In this document: positions 56,668 through 64,000 of the stretch, in pieces
How the letters are laid out: each line of letters starts with the position of its first letter
How positions within the stretch are numbered: the stretch's first letter is position 1
Source: Eledone cirrhosa
Lineage: Eukaryota
Reading direction: 5' to 3'
Assembly: GCA_964016885.1 (NCBI GenBank)
Contig: OZ024745.1
Location: forward strand, 114,452,001 to 114,516,000
Length of the DNA: 64,000 bases
Notes under the pieces: model-generated
The model's input: the letters and a program-made list of their open reading frames with translations, nothing else
Told to the model about the DNA's origin: nothing
Database searches by the model: none
Made by a program: the position numbers and the translations under genes

Positions 56668-57050
56668 TAGCTATGAAAATAATTGTTTCTACATTTGGCA
56701 CAAAGCCAGTAATTTGAAGAGAAGGGTGCAAGTCTATTAAATCTACTCCAATGCGTTAATGGTACTTTATTCTATCAATCTTGTGAGGATGAAAGACAAA
56801 GCTAACTTCAGTGGGATTTGAACTCAAAAAGTAAAGAGCCGCAAAGCATGTTGTCCGACGCTCTACTATTATTGCCAATCCACCACCCTTAGCTATGAAA
56901 ATAATTGTTTCTACATTTAGCACAAGGCCAGCAATTTGAAGGGATGGGGAAGTCGATTAAATCTACCCCAGTGCTTAACTTTATTTAGTCGAATGATGAA
57001 AAGCAAAGCTAACCTTGCTGTAATTTGAACACAAATCCGCTGCCTTTCTT
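56668..57050 (-). mobile_element. Two tandem SINE group A copies separated by a duplicated target
   Basis: tagctatgaaaataatt precedes both copies. Confidence 0.8.
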
Positions 57051-57064
57051 TGTGTATATATAAT

Positions 57065-58350
57065 GATAAACTATCCATTCCTTAATGAGGAGACTGCGGA
57101 AATAGATGAAAGTGTTCCAAATAGGAGAGAAGTTGAGTACATGTTAAAGAGATTCAAAAACAACAAGAGCTTAGGAACTGACAAAGTGAAAATAGAAAGC
57201 CTAAAGTAGAACAACAAGAAGTATTTAGTATCTGCAATACTTGTGCTCCCAACATTGATATGGAACTTGATAGTGGTACCAACTAAATGGTTACATGCAA
57301 ATATCACATGTCTCTTCAAGAAAGGAATAAGAAACTTAGCAGTTAGCTATTCAAGGCCTATCCATTTGAATTAATATGAACAGGATTCTAGCTAAGATTT
57401 TAATTGGAAGGTTGAAGTCATGAGAGAAACATAAATGAAACACAGTATGGATTCCGCCAAAATCACTCCACTGGTATATTTGTTGCTAAGAATGTTATTG
57501 AAAAGTATGAGGACACATTAATTGCAATGCATATTGATTTGACTGCAGCATATGACCATGAACAGGAACAAAACATTTGATTGCAATCTTGCAAAAGTTG
57601 CATAAAGGTACCACAGAATCTATTAGTGATACAAAGGCTAAATTTGATGTCCTTGTTGGCTGGATTCTATATGTTGATGATGTAGTACTGTTCTGTAGCT
57701 CAGTGGATGAAGTCGAGAAATTGCTCAATATCATTAACAGACATGTAAAAGTATAGTTGAAAATATGAGATAATTTATTTAGAAGAGATCATTCCTAGTG
57801 ATCCAAAATCATTTTCAGTAGAGCTGTGAATACCAAAAACAACAGCTAAGTTTAATGAACTGAGAACAGTACTAACAGACAACAATGTTAATATGAACAC
57901 AAGAAGAAAGTTGCTTGAAGTATTTGTGAAATCTCGACTGACATCTGGTATAACGTCTTGGCTTCCAAAAGAAATTCAAATGCGGAAAATGAAAACATGC
58001 TGGATTCAATTTCAAGGGAATATTGTTAAAGAGTGTTGATGAAGAGTTAATTGTGATGACAGAGACTACAATTTTGTATACACTAGTACAGACATGTAGA
58101 ATATTGTCAGAACTCCCCCTTTATGAAACTTCATCTATGCACAACAACGCAAGTATGTTTAACAGAAAATACAATATACACAAAGGAATCATTATTTCCT
58201 AAACCAACAAGAAGATATTATCAGGATCCATGGCTGAAGTATGTAGAAAATTCTTAACCTGACTGTTGGTGAGGCAAAAAAGTTAACACAATCAAAATCT
58301 GAGTTAACCAAGTTAGTCAATGACAAAAGCTTGCCTCAGGGTCTTCAGTG
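57065..58350 (+). pseudogene. LINE RT remnant (RTE/RTE-X-like), internally deleted
   Basis: LKRFKNNKSLGTDKV, VPTKWLHANITCLFKKG, ETQYGFRQN, IDLTAAYDH, ILYVDDVVLFC. Confidence 0.8.
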
Positions 58351-58527
58351 AAGTTGATGGCGGATCTCTTGGAATGGAACAGATCAGTGAAAGTTGATTT
58401 TGATAACGGTCTATAACTGCCAGGCACCTAACACTTATTGTTCATCTGTTCTTTTCCTTTCCACGCATATAGTCATACACTCATATATATATATGTATAT
58501 ATATATATATATGTGTATATACACACA

Positions 58528-58700
58528 CATCATCATCATCATCACCATTTTACGTCCGCTTTTCCCTGCTTGCAGGGTGGGACGGGAACTGATTTGGCTT
58601 GATTTCTACAGCTGGATGCCCTTCCTAACACCAACCTCATTTACAGTGAGTGCTGAGTGCTTTTTTGCCGTGACACCTCCTCGACCACTTTGCAGTGGAA
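58528..58700 (-). mobile_element. SINE/LINE 3' tail ending in (GAT)n
   Basis: catcatcatcatcaccattttacgtccgctttcc...ggatgcccttcctaacacc; related to ~61695-62050 and ~53985-54130. Confidence 0.55.
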
Positions 58701-59059
58701 TGATAGGGACCCCAGTCCCTATCATCTCATTTCTATATATAACCACTAAGCCATATATATAAATGTGTGTGTGTGTGTATACTCATTCTGATCCAAGAAG
58801 TTATACACAAATACACACAAACTTATGTGTTCATGACATTTGTCCCTTATCTATTTTGATCTTTACAATGAGACTGTCATTTCGGACAAATCTCTTGAAA
58901 GTTATAGTTCCTAAAGCATTGCGAAGTGATTCACTACCTATTGTTGTATCCTGGATAGCAATATTTACAAGGTACTTAAACAGTAAAAATAGACATAGAT
59001 GTCAAGCAGAGAACATTCCTTTCTTTTTGTTTCCAAGTCACTTTTAACACCGTTCATAT

Positions 59060-59490
59060 TTGTTGTAAGGCATCAAAACATTCTCCTAGTTTTGTCAAGT
59101 TTCAAGTTCAGTTTTCCGTGTACATTTTGACTAACCCTTAAAGAACATTTCCTTTAATAGAAGGCATTGCATATAATTGGATGAAAGACACCCTAATTCT
59201 TTGCTTCAGTAGTAAATCTGCAGTATATTGTGACTTGCTCAACTCTACTGATATTCGATGTTTCATCATCAATAATGCAATATTCTGATCACATTTCCAT
59301 ATCATTTGCTATGCTGGATAAAGCCACCCCAGCATTTGATATATAACAAAGTTCATTTCGGACAATAGATGAAGTCCACTGCATGTGTGAATCTAATTCG
59401 CTTTTCAGTTTATCTCTTAATGAAAGAATATTCTTAGACTGGTGATGAAGAAGTTTCAAAAGGTTACCATGTCTAATATCAGAAACCTAT
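59060..59490 (-). pseudogene. hAT transposase remnant (ZMYM1/Tip100-like)
   Basis: HGNLLKLL...WTSSIVRNEL...*SEYCIIDDETSNISRVEQVTIYCRF resembles GNFLELL...YTSxxIQNEL...FSIIADETTDISxxEQ. Confidence 0.75.
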
Positions 59491-60259
59491 GTTACCACAG
59501 TCTTCTGCGTGTCTTCATTGACCTATGTTTTGTTGAGTAGTGAACATAAGAGTTTCCATAAAAATTGATGTTGTTCCATAGAACCAAAAGTGGTTTTGGG
59601 TTGGCCAGTGTCAAAAGGGTTAAAGTGACCTGAGGATCACAAGTCTCTCTGCTGGTATATATTGATAATAATTTGTACTGATGCCACAATAAAATCCACC
59701 TAGTACATTCTGTAAAACTGAATATATGAGCAAGATGTGGTTCTGATATGGCTAGTCTCAGACCATGATAACCCATCCAACCCATGCCAGAAACAGAAAA
59801 CAGATGTAAAAACAATGAAGGTGATGATATTATTAGAAACTTTATGGATTTTCACAAAGAAAGGATTTGAAAATGTATCACTTGGAGAAATTAACGTCAA
59901 CAAACTGTCATGAAATGCCATTTTTACTTTCATTAAAATTCTTTCTTTCTTCAGTAGTTATGTTCAATCCTCTCCTTCACTTAAACACCTTATTAATATC
60001 AATGAAGACTACAGATATTTTTATTTTATTTATTTGTCCTTTCGAGGTTACTGAAAAAAGTACCAGTCTAGTACTGATGGTGATTTTTCCTCTCTATCTT
60101 TTTCACACTTTCTATCCTTTGCTGGAAGAAATCTGCTGTGTTCAGACCTGGAGAGGGATGGGTTCCACCATGCTTTAAATGATGTATGTCAATATGGCAT
60201 CCTTACAACTGCATCAGGAGTTACAGAACCATACCATACCATATCTCCACATAAAGATG

Positions 60260-60500
60260 CTCATCAAGCTGGTGTTTATCCTTGGTTTCCTTGGAGTTAA
60301 GCAAAAGATATTATAAGACTCTCTCTGGTTAGAATGCCGATCAATCGCGGGATTAACTCCCCAGCTACTCACTCTCTGCTGAGTATATCAGAAGAACATG
60401 AAATAAAGTGTATTGCTCAAGAACACAATGCAGCAGCCTGTCCAGGAATCGAACCGACAATATAATGATCGTATCTCAAGCATCTTAACCATTAGGTCAT
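60260..60500 (-). mobile_element. SINE group B
   Basis: aaataaagtgtattgctcaagaacacaatgc...ggaatcgaacc...taaccattagg. Confidence 0.75.
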
Positions 60501-60799
60501 TATAACATTCATATAGCCATTCAGATCCTTATGTTCAGGTATTTTCTGTTATCATCTTAGTGCACTTCTCTTCCAACAGGTATTTTAATTTGCCTCACTC
60601 TTAGTGTTTCCAAATTCATTGCATAATACAAAAATATTCTGCTAATTTTTGGCAATATCCAACATTAAAACAGTAAGCCAACTAAGCACACATCACCACA
60701 ATTATCAAATTATTGTACTGATCTATCGCCCAAATGTTTAGGCATTAATTTCATAATTTTTATTTAGGAAAATCTTCAGTGATGATGAAAACCACATAT

Positions 60800-61045
60800 G
60801 AGTCATGAGCCTGGAGGCTCATCAAGCCGGTGTTTATCTCGGTTTCCATGGCATGAAGTGACCGAGAGTACAAGACTCATCCCCCCAGCTATTGCTGGTA
60901 CTCATTTTAGTTGCATATACTGGAGCAACATGAAATAAGGTGTTTTGCTCAAGAACACAACACACAACCTAGTCTAGGAATCAAACCCATGACATTATGA
61001 TCATAAGCCCAACACCCTTACCACTAGGCCATGTACCTCCACTAT
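60800..61045 (-). mobile_element. SINE group B
   Basis: gtgttttgctcaagaacacaac...ggaatcaaaccc...ccactaggccatgtacctccac. Confidence 0.8.
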
Positions 61046-61226
61046 GACAGTAATAGATGTATCACTGTTGTAGCTTAAATCAATGAGCAATCATAAGTGC
61101 TTACTAAAACCAAGTTTGATTCTCTTACTTATTCCACTAACTTTTATTGGTTGGGTATTAACAACATGAGTTAACAATGTTTCTCCCTTATGACAGAGTT
61201 GATAGGTTATTTGTGTGCATTATTGT

Positions 61227-61518
61227 ACATCCTTACGGGGTCGATAAAATAAAGTACCAGTAATGCACTGGGTAATTGCTGGCCTTGTGCCTAAAGTAGA
61301 AACAATTATTGTACATCATGTACAAAAAAAGGGCAGTGAATTGGCAGTATCGGTAGAGGGTCGGACATGCTTTCCAGCATAGTTACGTCCCTTTACGATC
61401 TGAGTTCAAATCCGGCCGAGGTTAACTTTGCCTTTCATCCTTACGGGGTCGATAAAATAAAGTACCAGTAATGTACTGGGTAATTGCTGGCCTAGTGCCT
61501 AAAATAGAAACAATTATT
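61227..61518 (+). mobile_element. Two SINE group A copies at the same target
   Basis: Truncated copy 61227-61310 and full copy ~61331-61518; attattgtacat(catgta) occurs three times as flanks. Confidence 0.9.
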
Positions 61519-62561
61519 GTACATCATGTAGTGATCCTTTTTGTCTCTAATTTGGCAAGTGCAGAGAAGGTTATGCTTCACTGAAGAGGTCTAATAATAC
61601 TGAAACAGGCCTATAGTTATCACCTGTACTTGTCCAAATATAATGATATTAATATATTAGTCATTAAGCTAATGTTTTCTCCTTATCACTTCCTGTCATC
61701 ATTGTTTAACATCTGCTTTCCCAGCTAGCTAAGGTTGGACTAGTCGTCAGCAGACCAGGTCAGTTCTCAAGCGAAGGTACTGATCTTATGGATGGGCCAA
61801 GAGCCTGCATCTGGCTCATATACTTTCCTGCACTCTACTGTGAGCTTTGAGTGGTTAGTGGCCCACAACTTGTTTACGTACATCTTGTGCTCTACCAAGT
61901 ACATTTTATTATGACATCAGCACTAGGGAGGTTGTCATGTCTTTGACACAATTGAGTTCTCTCAACCCTTTGTTTGGCAGGTTTTCTATGGTTGGATACC
62001 CTTCCTATCACTAATCACTTTACAGGGTATACGGGGTGCGTTTATCATGTAAATCACCAACAACAAGTATTTATTAATTATTTAAATTTTTCCCTTCCAT
62101 GCTTGAAACAGACTCTGAAATACTGTAAAACAATACAAATAAATCATCAATGAAAACAAACAAGTAAATTATTTATTATATTTATATATATGAATATATA
62201 TATAGCACGTATATATATACATATATATATATCTTTATTTTTATAACTTAAAAATACCGTTGTGGTACATTTTCTAAATTTAATGCTATTTTTCTTTTTT
62301 TGTTTTCTTTTTTATATTTTTTCATGATTTTCAATTCTTTGCCAGCAATAGAATATGCATTTGTTTTAATGGAATATTTTTTTTAACAACGTTTTTTGTA
62401 AATTTTTATTTTTTGAACAACATAAAGGAAAACATGTTCGAATTTAAAATACATGCAAATATATATAATCCATAAATTACAAATACATACATATATAATA
62501 TAATTTATAGATTTTATACAAATATATGTATGTAAATCCAAATATGGAGGTGTGTGTGTGT

Positions 62562-62600
<39 letters not shown>

Positions 62601-62648
62601 TATATACATATACATATATACACACACACACATGCATATATATATATA

Positions 62649-62679
<31 letters not shown>

Positions 62680-63234
62680 GCATACACACACTTATACACC
62701 TACATATATATAGATAGATATAGATATATGTCTGTGTAAATATGTGAGAGTGAGTGCATGTATATATGTATTCATGCACGCATGTATGAATATATACATG
62801 CATAATTTCAAAGAGTATCAACAGTAGCACTGAAGAGCTAATAAAATGTTTATATGTACACAACAAAGCATAAAAGCAACAATTTCATAGGGGGCAGCAT
62901 TTTTGGATCACATTTTCAAAAATGATTTATTTTATATTTTTAATTTATTTTTAACATTTTATTATAATTTTCCAGTTTAATGATGTGCATTAACTTTAAA
63001 AAAATATATCTTTTTTAGATTCCTTCATTTATCAAATATATATATATATATATGTTATATATGTGTGTTTGTGTGTGGATGCCTGCATATATTTTGTGCA
63101 AGTATTTGTATGTATAAATATAGTGATACACACATACATAAATGCATATATGCACACACACATACACACTTCCATATGATGCATGAATTGTTCAAATGTG
63201 TAAGCATAAATGCAAACATATAATTTTATATGAA

Positions 63235-63275
<41 letters not shown>

Positions 63276-64000
63276 TATATAATATGTGTGTGTGTGAATA
63301 TGTGTATGTATATATATATATATGTACGTACGTATGTATGTGTGTGTACACAAATATATATTCCTTTTAAATTAACATAACTGTTTAATTTATTAATTTG
63401 TAACTATTTGGTTTGATTCAACTGGCAACATGTTCAAACTAACACAGATACACCCACTCATACACGCTTAGAGGTAGAGGTAGAGGCAAAACAAGGTTTC
63501 TTTAATTTTGTTATGCAATAAGATGCTGATGTTATGCAGTAGAAAATATTAGAACCATGAAAAATACAGAATTTATTTTCTTCTATTTGATTTAAACATT
63601 TGGATTATTCTGAGAGATCTATAAGAAAAGCATAAGCTTCTTCATCTCTTCTGTAACAATGTAAATGATATATGATAAATATAATAACAATAAAGTATTC
63701 TATAGCTCTGTAAAAAGATAGATATCACAACTAAAAGGTTGAGACATCTATACCATTATATGGAGCTTTAATAACAAAGATGAAGTGATTTCAACTAAGA
63801 TTTGAATAACAGATTCATTTAACAAGAACTCAACACTATACTAGATGAACTTGCAATAATAATAACAATAACAATAATAATTATTATTATTAGTATTATT
63901 ATTATCATTATTATTATGGTTCACTTTTGAAAATCTCAGACACTTAGATGTTAAACGATCTGGACATTTCAGTGAGGGAGCAGTCAACAAGTTGACAAAG

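Overview
AT-rich, repeat-saturated animal genomic DNA with no host protein-coding exon I can support. The supplied ORFs are nearly all microsatellite read-throughs or transposon remnants. The repeat complement suggests a cephalopod such as Octopus (inference): very long (TA)n arrays, two abundant tRNA-derived SINE groups, RTE, R4/Dong, Vingi-like and CRE-like LINE fragments, and mariner/Tc1/pogo/hAT remnants and MITEs. The most notable signal is a dense set of type I hammerhead ribozyme (HHR) motifs folded by eye: nine with an intact core plus several degenerate or half copies. They lie in short elements embedded in (TA)n, often with fold-back (inverted) 5' ends, which is the known signature of Penelope-like retroelement (PLE) pseudo-LTRs and retrozymes. 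A decayed PLE coding remnant is also present. Highlights: a perfect 123-bp palindrome carrying a complete HHR on each strand (29788-29910); a head-to-head locus with one antisense U3-A8 variant HHR and two tandem sense HHRs 308 nt apart (38640-39657); a family whose copies carry only the substrate half of an HHR on both arms of a palindrome; and a candidate HDV-like ribozyme at the 5' end of an RTE-derived element. All structures and family assignments are manual and untested, and boundaries of degraded repeats are approximate.
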